Positions 1 to 13,259 of a stretch of 60,000 bases of DNA are shown here, in pieces. The position numbers and the translations under genes were made by a program. Origin of the DNA: Lama glama (taxonomy: Eukaryota); the NCBI GenBank assembly GCA_028534125.1, contig CM052817.1, positions 39,186,001 to 39,246,000 on the forward strand, read 5' to 3'. The notes under the pieces were generated by a model. The model worked only from the letters and a program-made list of their open reading frames with translations. It ran no database searches and was not told the origin of the DNA. Every line of letters begins with the position of its first letter. The first letter of the stretch is position 1.

Positions 1-113
1 ACTGTTTTCCATCAGAAGAGGCATTTCTGAGGGTTGCTGGTTTTAGGGTTTCTTTGCAGAATTTGATTTGGAGCTTAATATTGAACTTTAAATAATCATG
101 CCAAGTGAATACA

Positions 114-457
114 CAGTTGACCCTTGAACAACATGGGTTTGGACTACATGGACCCACTTATATATATGTGGATTTTTTTCTATAAATACATATATGGACT
201 GTAAACTTATTTTCTCTTCCTTATGATTTTCATGATAACAAGTTCTTTTCTCTAGCTTGCTTTATTGTAAGAATACAGTTATGTCGTGCATGTAACACAT
301 ACAATATGTGTTAATCAGCTGTTTATGTTATAGGTAAGGCTTCCAGTCAACAGTAAGGTATAAATAATTAAGGTGTAGGGAAGTTCAAGTTATATATGGG
401 ATTTTGACTGTGTGGGGGTTGGCGTCCCAAACGCCTACCTTGTTTAAGCATCAGTAG
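114..457. mobile_element. Tigger2/MER8-like non-autonomous TcMar DNA transposon fossil
   Basis: Starts CAGTTGACCCTTGAACAACATGGGTTTG, the Tigger2-type TIR. Ends in a degenerate inverted copy TTGTTTAAGCATCAGTAG followed by TA. Confidence 0.75.
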
Positions 458-1149
458 TACATATATTAGATTATTTCTGGAAAGTATAAATAATATTATG
501 ACTTTTTCAGTGAACCTAATTACTTCTCTGTATTAGTCCTTCATCTTAGGAAATGTTAGAGTGAAAAAGACCTGATACCTCTTCAACTGACTAATGTTCA
601 GAATTGGCCATTCTTAGTCTAGCTACATGAGAAATCGTTTTGGGGTTGTTTCCTAGAGATTTAAGTTTTCATAAAATTAGTCTTACTCTTAGAGAAAATA
701 TTTATCATCTTGGTTTTTTGAAAGTAAATAAATAGAATTAACTTATTTTCTAAAAATTTTGAGCTCTATTTCCAATAGTATTCCAACGATAAGCTAGTCT
801 GATAGTTTTCCAACACATGTTGGAAAATTCAAGTGATGAATCTGTTCTGTCAATTACAAACAGGTGATTTTTTGGTTGCTGTAAGCTCCCCTTTCTACTC
901 ATCCTCTTCTTTTTAAATCGTTGTCATCATTATCACCATCATTTCTTCATCACCCGCCATTTTTGCATCTCTACTTTATAAAAGATATTTGTATATTTTG
1001 TGTGTACATGTGTGTGCATATATGTGATACTTTAAAATATAGATAAAATTACTGTCATCACTGGGATATGGGTGGTTGTTGCAGTGGTGGTGGGCAGAGA
1101 GAAGGGAAATAAAATCTATCACAGTCCTTTCATCCATCAGACTCCATTA

Positions 1150-1300
1150 ACAGATTTATTTATCTCTCACTCAATCCTCAGAACAAAAATGTGAGGTGTG
1201 CATTGTTATTATTCTCATTTGACTGATGAAGACATGGAAGTTCAAAGATGCTAAGTAACTTGTTTGAGGTGACATAGCTAGTAAGTTGATGGCCAGCAAG
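1150..1300 (-). mobile_element. MIR SINE fragment
   Basis: Antisense MIR core: ATTATTCTCATTTGACTGATGAAGACATGGAAGTTCAAAGATGCTAAGTAACTTGTTTGAGGTGACATAGCTAGTAAG. Confidence 0.7.
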
Positions 1301-2304
1301 TCTTTTGGAATAGTAAACATCTGCTCTTCCTCAAAACTGGGCAGCTCCCAGGCATTCCTGCCAGGTGTTTGAGTACAATTATGGCCTGGTCCTGCATTCA
1401 GAGGACGCCTCTACCTGGCAGGGTGACGATGTTTACAGATCAGCATTGTTCCACATTCCTGTGCTTCATCAAAACACTGTATACGTCACTAGGTTGTAGT
1501 TGAGTGCTTTACAATTCAATTTTTTCAACCAAGAGTTAGAGTTTGAGCTGTCTTGTAAACAGATATGTTAACCGAAGCTGTGTAAATTAAGACAGAGCTT
1601 AATAGCCAAATCTGTCCAGAAGTTACAAAAGCATTCCCAAGAGTAAATTAACAAGCCTTAAAAACGTCCAAGCCCATCCTTAAATTCTTTATCAATGACT
1701 CCTTGATCATTCAAACTGCTCACTATATCTTATTCCCTCCTGTCCTACTTTCAGCTTATGGTTTGATTCTGGTTACTCTGGGTAGGTAAAGAGCCTCTTG
1801 AAGTAATTTTTCTCTGTGAATAGAGTGAAGAGGGAAAAGTTAGATCTTATAGGATATGGTCAGGTGAGGGTTAGGTTGTACAAAACCAAACTTTAAAACC
1901 AAATGGATAGAAGGCCAGGGTGCCCTGGCCTCGTGAAAGGTTCCAAGGAAGTTCATCTGGTTCTTCCTTGGATAAAGGTCTAGGTGGAATCCATGAGGCT
2001 CTGAATTTTGAAACTAAATAAGTAAAATGATATGAGGTCTACACTGGGCCAGTGTTCCTTAGCCTGGCTGTACATTAGTGTCATGTGTGGAGTTTTTAAC
2101 AAAGCCTGAATCTCACTGCAGCTCTACTGATTTGGGGTTTTGGAATATGTGTGTTTAAAAAGCTCTCCCTCCAAAAAATATCATGCAGAGAAAAAGGGAA
2201 AGAGAGAAGAAGGAGGAGGAGGCAGGGGAAGAGGAGGAGAATGGCGAACAAATACTAAACCAGAGAGGGTGACATGCTCACAGTGGGTAAACGGAGACAA
2301 AGGG

Positions 2305-2490
2305 CAGCATCTGTGCCGGAGCCGGTGTGGGTGTGAACGGGCTCGTGATTCTGTGCATCTTCTCCCAACTTCACGTCAGTAACTTCCTCTTGGTTGCTGG
2401 AAATTGACCATGGTGGGAGTATTTACACTACAAAAGTCAAAATACAACCAGCCAGCCTCCCACTTCAAAGGCTTATTTGCCACCACACCA
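2305..2490 (+). mobile_element. MER63-like hAT DNA transposon fossil
   Basis: GTGCATCTTCTCCCAACTTCACGTCAGTAAC...GAAATTGACCATGGTGGGAGTATTTACAC resembles the MER63A consensus as recalled. Confidence 0.55.
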
Positions 2491-2624
2491 TTTGGGTGCT
2501 CTCTGTAAAAATTATACCATCTCTGAAACTAAACCAAAACAAAAGACCCCAAACACTCTTTCAGTGATGCAACTGCAGCCCATCTGGCATCCTTCCCCAA
2601 ATTGGGATTTAGCAAGTACTGCAC

Positions 2625-2745
2625 TGACAGTAAGCTTCCTGAGGGCAGGGACCATGTCTACCTATATCTCGACTACACACCAAGCATGTAGCTTGGTGCC
2701 AGATAAATGGTAGATGATAAATCTTTGTTGAATAAATGAATGAAG
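2625..2745 (+). mobile_element. L2 LINE 3' end
   Basis: GTAAGCTTCCTGAGGGCAGGGACCATGTCT...TTTGTTGAATAAATGAATGAA, typical L2 terminus. Confidence 0.7.
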
Positions 2746-3020
2746 TTCTCATGTTAAAAATTTTTATGCTACCTTAAATTGGGATGGGTGGCAGAGACAA
2801 AGCAATGGAAGAAGATGAAAATACATAGTTAATATTCTGTACCAAACTTCCATTAGCTCCTTTGGGGAGAGGGTATTTAACAAATGGAAAGCGTAAGGTC
2901 CCAAATTAATCCCATCTTAACCTCAGGAAATGCATAAGGGAAGAAAATTCACATTACTGATTACACACTGCTACCTGACAGATAGAAATGAGATAATAAG
3001 TAGATATTGACTTCTGTTGA

Positions 3021-3119
3021 GGTGAACATCAAGATCTATTGACCTGAGAGGTAAATATTGACCGAGGTGAAGTCAAGGTCAATATTTGCCTCAAAGAACA
3101 GGAAATCTTAATGCTCACC
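3021..3119. repeat. ~100-bp imperfect inverted repeat (hairpin), possibly an ancient hairpin-type repeat
   Basis: Inner arms 3048-3063 and 3077-3092 are complementary at 15/16. Outer arms 3021-3035 and 3105-3119 are complementary at 13/15. Spacers are symmetric (12 nt) and the loop is 13 nt. Confidence 0.75.
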
Positions 3120-4649
3120 AATATATAAAGGTTATATGTGAATTTTTACATACATTTTCCAGGCATAGCATCATGAAAGCTCTCTGTTTTATCAAGCAAT
3201 TCACAAAAGTTCATTCGAAAATTTTAAGTTCTATCACATAGTATAATTTTAAAGAATAAGGATTGCTACTTCCTTCTCTGTTGTTGATGTTTGCTGAGCC
3301 GTTAGTTAAAGGGATTTGATATGATCTGATTCTGGTACAGCAAAGGTTAACCAGAGTTCAATAGAACTCAAGCCATCCCTGAGGAGGGCACAAAGAACGT
3401 GTTACCGAATCTTCATGGTTACCAGTGACATTTTCTCACAACTATCTTAGCCCATCATGAGTCAACATCTTTCTTTCTGCGATAACACATCTTAATCATA
3501 GTCCCAAGGATTTAGGTCTGCAAGTGTATTCATCTAATCTTTAGATTCTAATTTATTTCCTGTCTTCAGGGTGGACACTATCAAAAGATCACCCTGGCCT
3601 GGTAAACCCTGGGCATCATGGATCTCCAAATGAAGTTATTCTGTTGACTCCAGTGGTGAGGAAGAAGGGATGAATCTTTGAAGGGCAGGAGCATTTTAAT
3701 TGCTCTCCACTCCTCTGTTCCTTGGAGAAGCCCCCATCCCTGTTGCCAGAGACTTGAAACCATCTGGAAGCTAATGTCCAACAACTTCCAGTTCCTCCAG
3801 TAACAGAGTGTTCAGGCCAAGCCAGGAGGGAGCTCCTCTGCAAACTCAGTGACCACTCTCAGCACCCATGTTACCATCCCCTGGTGCTGCCTCTGGTGTA
3901 AGTCGTGCTTAATATTGAGTCATTTGAATAGAATTATCTTCACCAAGCCACCTTTGTTCCTTCTCAACCTCACTTCAGACCAAGAAACCAAACTAGAGGT
4001 CCCTCCAAGCAAAGAGAACATCTGTGGATTCCAACAACACACGCTGGTGGCCCGGCTTCCCCGTCAGTTCCCTTAAGCTCCCTGAGGGTAAAGACAGCTC
4101 CCTGTACCTCTTCACTCCTCTTATAGCACTAAAGCAGCACCCTGGGAGTAGACTTTCAACAAAGAAGCACTGAAGGGACCCAGTGAGTAAACTAACGCAA
4201 AAGCCCTGCTCCATGTCTTCTGACTTACTGTCTCCTGCTACCTCAAGGTGTTTGCAGAAACGTCCGGAGGACCGGGATGAACAGCGACCAGAGCCCATGG
4301 GAGGATTTAAACCTCCCCACCCAGGCCCCCTCCCTCACCGGCTAGGCTCTAATATATGCATTGCCTGATTTTCATACATGCTGATTGCCTAGCGATTTAT
4401 TCTACAAGTGCCGAGGAGAAGAGTCACCCCTGGACTAAATGTAAAATCTCTCTTCTCACCAATGTCTAAATCATTGTTTTCTCGCGGCCGAGATCCTGTG
4501 GCACACATTATTAATAGCTCTGGTCTCTCTACCACTTGACACAGCGCTCCAGCTGTCATTCTGCTCCCTGGCTCGTATGATTCTTGCACTGGTGAAGTGC
4601 CAGGCCCGGGCCCAGCCCATCAGTCACTGTCACCCACCACCCAGTGATG

Positions 4650-5150
4650 AATAGCCCCGCCGTCGCCGTGGCGAGGCCCGGGCTCTGATTCACACACGCC
4701 TGACTTTTACCAACTTCAGCACGCCAGCTGAGGCCTATCCCAGCTGAGGAAGGCCGCAGTGACCTGGAAATGGCACCGCCTCTGCTCCCCAGCTCTCCCC
4801 CATCCCCTCCCCGCCTCAGATTAGTTAAAAATGAAACAAATCCTAATGTGATCATGTCACTAATTATGCATTTAATTCAGTTATAAGGAGCTAATGGCTC
4901 CCTCAGTGACAGCTTTTACTGCTAAAAGGCAATTCATTCCTGAAACGGAGAAATCTAATTACACAAAATGCTTCATCCTAATCCTTTCAAAGAATAATCT
5001 TATTTGTAGACATTAACATCCCAGATGCTGCTGCTGTTTGTCCATTATGACAGTGTTTGTCCTGAATAATGTATAAATAGCTCTTTCTGGACAGTTGCAT
5101 GTCACTAAATCAATACAATTTGCTGCCTTCTGTTACATTAAGTCGGCCTG
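4650..5150. promoter_or_regulatory. Candidate enhancer: small CpG-rich patch followed by a homeodomain/TALE motif-dense block
   Basis: No recognisable repeat. CpG cluster at 4657-4815, multiple TAAT cores (CTAATTATGCAT, GCTAATGG, CTAATTAC), TGACAG at 4907 and 5048, TAAATCA at 5106. Confidence 0.4.
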
Positions 5151-6094
5151 GGCAGGCGGGAGAAAATTAACCTTTTGTTTTCCTCCCCTCCCCCCTTCTC
5201 AGAGGGCCTTCAGCATTAGAAATGAGCAAAGGATCAAAGGGGCCTGGGGTGGAATTGAAAGGGGACAGTGAGGTGAGAGGGAGTGAAGGAGGCAGGTATG
5301 AAGGAAGCTGCAAACAGCTGAGGGAGGAAATGTCAGGTGTGGAAACGCCAGGAGATGAGCCACAAATGGCAGGTGGGAGAAAATGGCAAACTTCTATAAA
5401 GAGCATTTTGAAATGACTCCAGATGTGGACTGGACTGAACATCTTACGCGGTGATCCTGCGTCACAGACCTCTAAATTCTAAATGATGCTTTCTTTGCAA
5501 TGGTGCTTTGATACTTTGTAGAGGGCTCACGGGGTGGGGGCGGCTGGGGGAGGCAGCCAACGTTAAGGGAAAATGATAACTGCATTAATCAGCTGACTGA
5601 GACATCCTTGGATAGCATTTATGTGGAAAGCATTCAAGGCACTGCATAACAACAACTTCTATTTGTGTAATTTATGTCTTAACAAAGGACTTACACACAG
5701 AGGTAATTTCATTTGATTTCCACAACCTGGATAGGTAGGCATCAGGATTCCCATTCCAAAGGTGAGGGAATGGAGGCTAAATGACTTGTCCAAGGTGACG
5801 TTAACTGCAACTCTTTTAGCTCTTGATTTCGAGTGGAGTCTTTCCATCCCCACACAACTGACTCTCTGCAGTGCCAAACCTCTGACTATTCAGGAAGCTC
5901 TCCTGGCAAGTGTGATGTAAGTTTCATTTTAGGGCACCAGCAAAATGCTTGTGAGTGTACACACGCCACCCCCTCCCGTATACACATTCTTTTCCATATA
6001 AAACAGAGATGGGTGAGTTTTAATATGTAATTATTCAAAGGTTGTATGTGTGCAAATATAATTTCTAAATACTACAAGTTCTCTTCTGAAGGTT

Positions 6095-6288
6095 AGATGA
6101 GACTGACAAAATTTTTCTCTAAAGGGCCAGATAGTAAGTATTTTAGGTTTTCTAGGTCACACTGTCTGTCACAACTGCTCAGTTCTGCGTCATAGAACAA
6201 AAGCAGCCGTAGACAATAAGTAGACCGATGGGTGTGGAAGAGGTGGCAGGCTGCATCTGGTCATTGGGCTATAGTTTGCAGACCCCTG
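6095..6288 (+). mobile_element. MER58A-like hAT-Charlie MITE
   Basis: TAAAGGGCCAGATAGTAAGTATTTTAGG...AAAGCAGCCGTAGACAATAAG...TAGTTTGCAGACCCCTG. Confidence 0.8.
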
Positions 6289-9200
6289 GATTAGAGGATA
6301 TTTCAAAAATTTTTTGTTAATCTAAACAGTTTTACCTGACTTGTAAATTTTACCTTTGCTCCCTTCACATTATTACGCTTGTTCCCCATCACTGCTTTGT
6401 TTTTAATATTGTCTCAGAAGAATACAGGCATCTGGCTTCATACAAACCCCATAAAGAGAGGGTCCTGCAAATAGAAGCAAAATTGATAAAGTGGATTATG
6501 ATGTTTTCTATTCTCCTTGCCTTTGCTTGTTTTCTATCTAGTTCACAACCATTGCTCTTGGGTGTGGGGGCCAGCATTCAGTTTCATAGCTACTCTACTG
6601 GCTGGTTTCTGTTTATGCTTTTGTTCTGTTTCAGTGCAGGAGTAGGAGGAGGGGAGAGGGACACGGTATTAGAGTGAGCTTCCACTGTGTGAAACCTCCT
6701 GCTCGAAGCCTGTTTTAATGCATTGCAGCAAAGGAAAGATCACTATAAGGCAGAGCTATTTTAAAAAGGGATTTAGGTCAGTGAGCCACTCGAATGCTGT
6801 GCCGGAGAGGAGTGTCATCTTTCACAGGGTCTAAGGACAATAGCATCATGAGGTTTCAGGGTAGAAATGGAAGTCAGGTAAGAAAACAAGTCAAGGATGG
6901 GGTCCCATCAGAGATGCAGACATGTACGCTCGTTGATTTGCTTCTCAAGCTCATGTTACATCATGAATGACGTCAGAACCTTACGACAAATATGATCTTC
7001 ATTATCCAGAGGCTGCCCGGCAGACCTGCTTAGAGGCCCACAGCCAGCATGCATTGGTGGATGCAGGGACCTCTTTTGGATAGCCCTTCTATCAGCGATG
7101 GAAAAGAAAAATATTGTCTAAAGTTGGTCTTGAGAGCAAAAATCAAATGACAAAATAAAAAATCATTGAAGCTTGCCTTTGATGAAAGTAAACAGAGCAC
7201 CCCGGAGGTGCATGGATTTGTACTGCATTTGAGGGGTCCTTGTGGAGGAGGTCAGAACATTCTTTGCTAGTCTTTTAGTCTAGCTCTTTATCTTGTGTTA
7301 TATTCCTTGACTGCTAGGCTAAAGTGTGATTTTTCTTGCCTCCCTCCTATTTCCATGAAAGTATGTGAGAGCATCTCTTTTGAAAGTGAGCCTAAACATG
7401 GCATCATAAGGTTCACTCTTGGGGAAAGGCTTCAGTGTCAAATTCTTATACAAGCTTCTTCCTGGGGAGGCTTTGAGTTTGTGTTTGAATGTGAGTTGTT
7501 GGATTTCATTGGAGTGAACCTTTCAGCATCTAAGAAGAGAGCATTAAGTCCTTGGCTTTGTAGTGTCTACATTTGTCAGACTTTCAGAAACGGTTGTGAT
7601 CAGTCAAACTGACCATATTAATAATCTCATTACTACTAGGAATATGAGACTTTAGAAGTAAACTTAACCCATCATCAATGGAGCATAGGCAGATATTAAT
7701 CCAACATAATAATCTCTTCTCTGGAAACAGGCAGGACTTCTCTGATGGTATTAGGATTTACTGTGGGAAAGGAGGTAGAATAGGATGAGCTGCAGGGCAG
7801 AAAGTATTATTTCTGGAAAGTAATTTATTTGGGGTGCCCCTTTAAAGCATCAGGGCCAGTGTCCCTGAAGAGGGCTCCGATTAGCTGATCTGGTTGATTG
7901 GGCCTTAATCCATCACTGCTTGAGCCCCCTCAACTGTGTTATCACCCGGGATTTGTCTGGCTACATATGATTTCACACATCTGTCATCTAAATCACAGAT
8001 CCAAATGCAAAGTCCAGCACTAGAAGACATCACAGGCATTTGTGAAAATCCTTGGAGGAACTTGGGACCATAAATCAATGGATGGATTACAGTTCAATAG
8101 TACAACTGTCTCATTTATGATGAAATGATGTTGTCCACATGAATGCTTAGGTATTATGGTGATGAAGCCATAAACGTGTATATGAGAGTAAATCTCTGGT
8201 TCTTCCTTAGACCAGTCTCTGAGTACTGTCTCCTAGACAAGAACCTCGTTGATGAAGATCAACCTGGAAAAAAATAAGCCACAGGAAAGCTTACTCGGGA
8301 CTAGCTTTGTGAATGGGCCAGAGAAGCCCATTTTATTTTTATTTTTAAGATGGAAAAGTGGTAGTAATGTTTTCAAATATTTAGCAACAAATATTTCTCC
8401 AATGTTTGCTGTAACTGTAAGTACTTTATATGTATTGTGTCAGGAAACCGAGTCTCAGAGAGATGAATCACTTGCCCAGTGTACACAGCTCTGCATTCAA
8501 TGCAGAGTCAGGATTTGAACCTAAGTCTTCCTGACTCCAACTTTGTGCCTCCCCACAATGTAAGGAAAGTCCACATCAGGCTTTTGCTTGATTTCAGAGG
8601 CAAAGTGACAGGAGTCAGAATTTTTAAAGTATGTCCTGTAACGTGAGAGTTTTGTCAAGTCAAATATTCTATTTGTTGGCTCTAAGAATTGCAGAAAACA
8701 TCTTGGGAAGAGAGTCACTGAGAGTGCTTCCGGCTAGGACCCAGCTCTCCCACTGGCCCACTGAGCATGCCTGGCACCAGCATGCTGTAAATACTGATAC
8801 AATGGATTGAAAGCCAGTAAGCCTAGAGTGAGTGTCCTTGAAGCCATCTTGGAAGAGATCCCTTGGATAGGAGAGAGCTTTACAAATTTCCAGTGAGATC
8901 ATTTTTGATCATCACATTGCAAAGCAAAGTAAAATAGGAAAACAAAACAACAGAAAATAAGGCTGGAATTGTTGCATTTCAGGTATCAGTTCAGTGTTAT
9001 CCTGATGGCAGGGTCTAAAAGTACTGCTAGCTAGCTGGCTTTTGGGAAGTGGGGCCTTTATAAAGGAATTTTAATGGTTTGTTAACTTCCTTGGGAACAG
9101 GAAGATTTTTCTCCTTTCCATACTCCCCATAATTGGGCATTTACTTTTTTTTTTTTTTCCTGATTGAGATTGAAGTGTGACAGACTGAAGAAGCTTTCAC

Positions 9201-9414
9201 TGGCTGATGTTTTCATGGAAGGAAAATTTTATAGATCTGCATTCTTTCATTTCATGAAAATAGTAACTTTCCATGAGAGCCTGTCTATGTAGTCAATGTT
9301 GATTTCTTTGATCATTATTTCTCTTCTCAGATTGAAATACTAACTTATGAAATAATACTTGAGGATGATATTTTGCTTTTGTCTTTGTCACTTAAAGACC
9401 TTTTATTTAATTAA

Positions 9415-9665
9415 AATAGCAAATATCTAGTGAGCCTTTATTATGCTCCCGGTGCCATGCTAACTGTTTTATCTGCACTATCTCATTTTTTTTTCCTCAC
9501 AGCAATCCTATGATGTAGCTATATTATCACCCCACGTTAGAGATGAGGAAACTGAGGTTCCAACAGGATAGGTAACCTGCACAAGACTATATACCTAATT
9601 AGTGGCAGAGTCAGTATTTGCACTCAGATCTGGCTGACTTCAAACCCCTTTCTCTTAATCATCTT
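9415..9665 (-). mobile_element. MIR SINE, near full length
   Basis: CCTCACAGCAATCCTATGATGTAG...AGATGAGGAAACTGAGG...GTGGCAGAGTCAGTATTTGCACTCAGATCTGGCTGACTTCAAA. Confidence 0.8.
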
Positions 9666-11781
9666 CTCTTGCCTTTTAATATCTGAGAAAATTAATGCCT
9701 ATAAGAAGTATGAATGTTGAAAGCAGTTGTGGACCTCAGGGATATTGTATAGCTGAGAGAAACCTTAGAGATCAATTCTTGTCTTTATTTTACTAATAGA
9801 TAAATCAAAATAGGAGATTATGGCTGTATCAATTGACATTAAATGCTTGTATCAAACAATCCAGTCATTTTACTCATTATCAAACAAGAAAAAATATTGA
9901 TTAAACAAACTTTCTACTTTTCAGTTGGTTATTCTCACATACATAAAATGAACTCAACTTCAGACGAAGCATCAAGATCATAAATATGTTGTAAAACTGA
10001 TGATTCAGACTGTTTTAGATTTCTGCTCTATGCAACGTGATGCTTATTTATGCTGCTGAAAGTGAAAAACACAGTTCTCTTCCCTTTATATACCCCCTTA
10101 TTTAATTTAGAGGCTACCTAATGTCAAACAGCTTGGCAATTTTGTTTTAGCTGAACTGAGTATAGAGATACCCAAAGTCAGTTTCACCCTTGAGGGTTGC
10201 AAGGTTTCCTTTGCACCTGGGCAAACGTCTCTGTTTTCCCTATACTTATCTTTGAAGTAGTCTTGCTTGTTTAAATATTAAGTTCTCTAACTCCATAAGC
10301 TTTTGTCAGCTCCAATGCCTTTGAGCCTCTCATCTAGAACCAAGAGGTTGAGCAGACTCGAGGCTTCTATATCCTATGCAGATGGATCAGTCCTAGAATC
10401 AACCCTCTTGCCTTTCACTTCTCTTTGAAAAGCTACCCGAATCCTACACACTCATGATAAAGTAGAATCAGATCAGCTTCTCCCTCCCTGCATCCTCCCT
10501 CTCCCCCCAAAAGATTATTGTTATTGGGACTGATTTAAGAGACAGAGTACATGCATCTCAGTGTTCAGATCTTGCGTTGACCTGACAGTGCCCGCATCTA
10601 TGAAAAGCATTGCTTGACCTAGACACTGAGGTGGTTTATATAGAGGCTACTGACAGGGAATCAACTTGAAAGCCACAACATGCCTTTTCCGGAGTCACTT
10701 TTCATATTGCAACTGCAATTCACACGTATTTGCCCTGCTGCCCCATCAGGCGTTATGAGAGAGCCAGGAAACCTGGAACTCAGACATTATGGGAAAATAA
10801 AAGGAAGTTATTTTATGTTGTCCAATAATGTTTGTATCACTGTCTTTGAGGTAGGCTAATTCATATACTCTGCAGAAGACTATTTATGAATTAATAGCTT
10901 GGGATTCCAAATTTGACTTAAGAAATGTAACTTTAGTTGATGGATTCAATTTGCAATTCAAATGAATATTTTGTACATCTGCCCAGAGTCTTTAAGTCAA
11001 TAGGCTTAAATAAGTAAACAAAAACTTCTCCAATTATTTTCATAACTTTCTCTTGACTATAATACCCCAAGTCATTATGACCGGAAGTAACATCAACAGC
11101 TTAACTATATTTTTCTATTCTTTGAGCTAAAATGTGCCATTTATATTTATCTTTCTGATGCCCCTTTCACCATGTAAAATATTTCCAGAGAAGTTTTTGT
11201 TCAATTTTCTCTTTCATCCTGTTCATTTTATTGTTTGCAAATAATATTTAGGTTGAACCTATTTATTTGCTTAATTTATGATGAAATCACTATTTTTTGT
11301 TTTTACAAAAGACTAAGAAGGTGATTATCTGAAGAAAACACAAGATTAGACTCAGGATAAAGATAGTGGCATCAAATTTTAGTTACGTCTGTGTTGAGAG
11401 GATTGGGATAGTTCAGGGTGGTTCTTCATCTTAAAGAAATCGGAAACTGAGAAGACAATCATGAAATATCTATTCCAATTATTCTTGCCTCGTCCCACAG
11501 AGAAGACTCAGGATTAGGACTCCTAAGGCCAGCAACATGTGACATTATCCTTTCAAAATTCATATCAGAGCTTATAGAATGTTAGAAATGAAAGAGAACA
11601 TGTATTTCAAACTTCACGCTCTAGAGATAAGTAAACTCTGGTCCAGAAAGGTTAAGTTAGTAGTCTGACGTGTATAGCTCATAACAGAGCTCAGATCATG
11701 TTCTCTGCTTCCATGGCTGGCTTGGCCTTGGGATGTTGATCTATTTATTGGCCTTGGCTTTGCCCCTTAAATCTATTCTTT

Positions 11782-12165
11782 TGTTCATTCATTCATCCAT
11801 CCATCCAACACCTAATATGCACCATGCTGTGTGCAAAACTCCAGGATACAGAAGAAAACAGGCAAAGCCCCTGACTTCATTCAGTTAATATCCTAGAGGG
11901 AGAAGATAGGAAAAAATAAATAACTAATATAATGTTAAGTAGTGATTGGTCTTCTGAAGGAAAATTAAAGTAGGGTGAGATGTTAGTGCGAGGCTGAAAG
12001 GAGGCACCATTTTGATAGGATAGTCGGAGAAAGCATCACTTGATCACAACGCATTTCAGCAAAGACCTGAAAAAGTGAGGGACAAGAGCTATCCAGATTT
12101 TTAGGGAAAAAGTGCTCTAAGCAGAGAGGACAAGTGCAAAGGCCCTGAGGCAGGGTGTGCTGATC
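11782..12165 (-). mobile_element. L2 LINE 3' fragment
   Basis: TTCATTCATTCATCC terminus; AAAGACCTGAA...GTGCAAAGGCCCTGAGGCAGG. Confidence 0.75.
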
Positions 12166-12892
12166 CATTGCTACTCTAGAGCCTCTTTTTGGATAGACTC
12201 TGATTCTGTTTCTGTATAGCCCCCATACTACCTGTGAGCCGGTGGTTTCCTGGGAGGAGCTGGAGCAGGACCAAGTTTCGAAATCAGATCCAGTGTGATA
12301 TTTCCTAAAGCCCTTAATATTTAGTTTGGCAACATTGGGCAGCTAGGCCTGATTGTGTGTCAGTAGGAGGGAGAGGAAGAGAAAGAAAAATGCCTTTGGG
12401 GGTTGGCTATCTCTTCTGGCTGCCAGTGATAAGAGTTCACCTGAACATCTTTCCACTAAATAATCTTAAACTTCAGTACTGTGATAAAGGATCTTTATTT
12501 AATTAATTTGTTTTCAATTGATCCCAAAATAGTGCCTTAGTCTTTTTAAGGGTCCCCTGGGTCTGGAGGACCGGGACACATTGATAACTATCGTCTCTCT
12601 CCCGACACCCAGTGTGTGTTGAGAGGATAGTCTTCCTTCAGAGCCAAGCCTCCTCAAACAGGAGATGCATGCCAACAGAACCCAGGGCTTGTCCTATTAG
12701 GAAGGAGAAGGGACTAAGGGGACAGAGGGAAAGGGTAGATCCCACTTATTCCAGAGAACTGAAAATTTTCTTCCACCTATCGACATCCAGAAAAGCATGG
12801 AAATTAAAATATTGGGTAATTAAAGTTTAAAGAGGGCATTCTAATTTGTAATTCTTACTGAGTGATAATTTCTAAAATTTATTTTCAAATTA

Positions 12893-13259
12893 TGCAATGG
12901 ACTGAATTATGTCCATATGTTGAAACCCTAACCCTGCAATATAACTATATGGAGACAGAGTCTTTTGGAGGTAATCAGGTTAAATGAGGTCAGTGGGGCC
13001 CTAATCTGATTAGACTGTGGCCTCATAAGAAAAGGAAGCGCGCTCTCTCGCTCTCTCTCTCTCTCTCTCTTTCTCTGCCATGTGAGGACACAGAGAGAAG
13101 GCAGCTGTCTGCACATCAGGAAGAGAATTCTCCCCAGAACACAACCCTACTGGCACCTTGCCTTCAGATTTACAGCCTCCAGAACCACGAGGAGTAAATT
13201 TCTGTTGAAACCACCCAGTCTATGGTATTTTGTTATGGAAACCCAAACAGACTAAGGCA
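12893..13259 (+). mobile_element. MLT1A/B-type MaLR solo LTR with 5-bp TSD
   Basis: TG...CA termini (TGCAATGGACTGAAT...GACTAAGGCA). AATTA duplicated at 12888-12892 and 13260-13264. Internal GCCATGTGAGGACACAG and CCACCCAGTCTATGGTATTTTGTTATGG. Confidence 0.85.

Noticed and set aside
6483..6677. Signal-peptide-like hydrophobic 64-aa ORF
   Set aside because: Non-ATG start, T-rich low-complexity origin, and no supporting promoter or splice structure.
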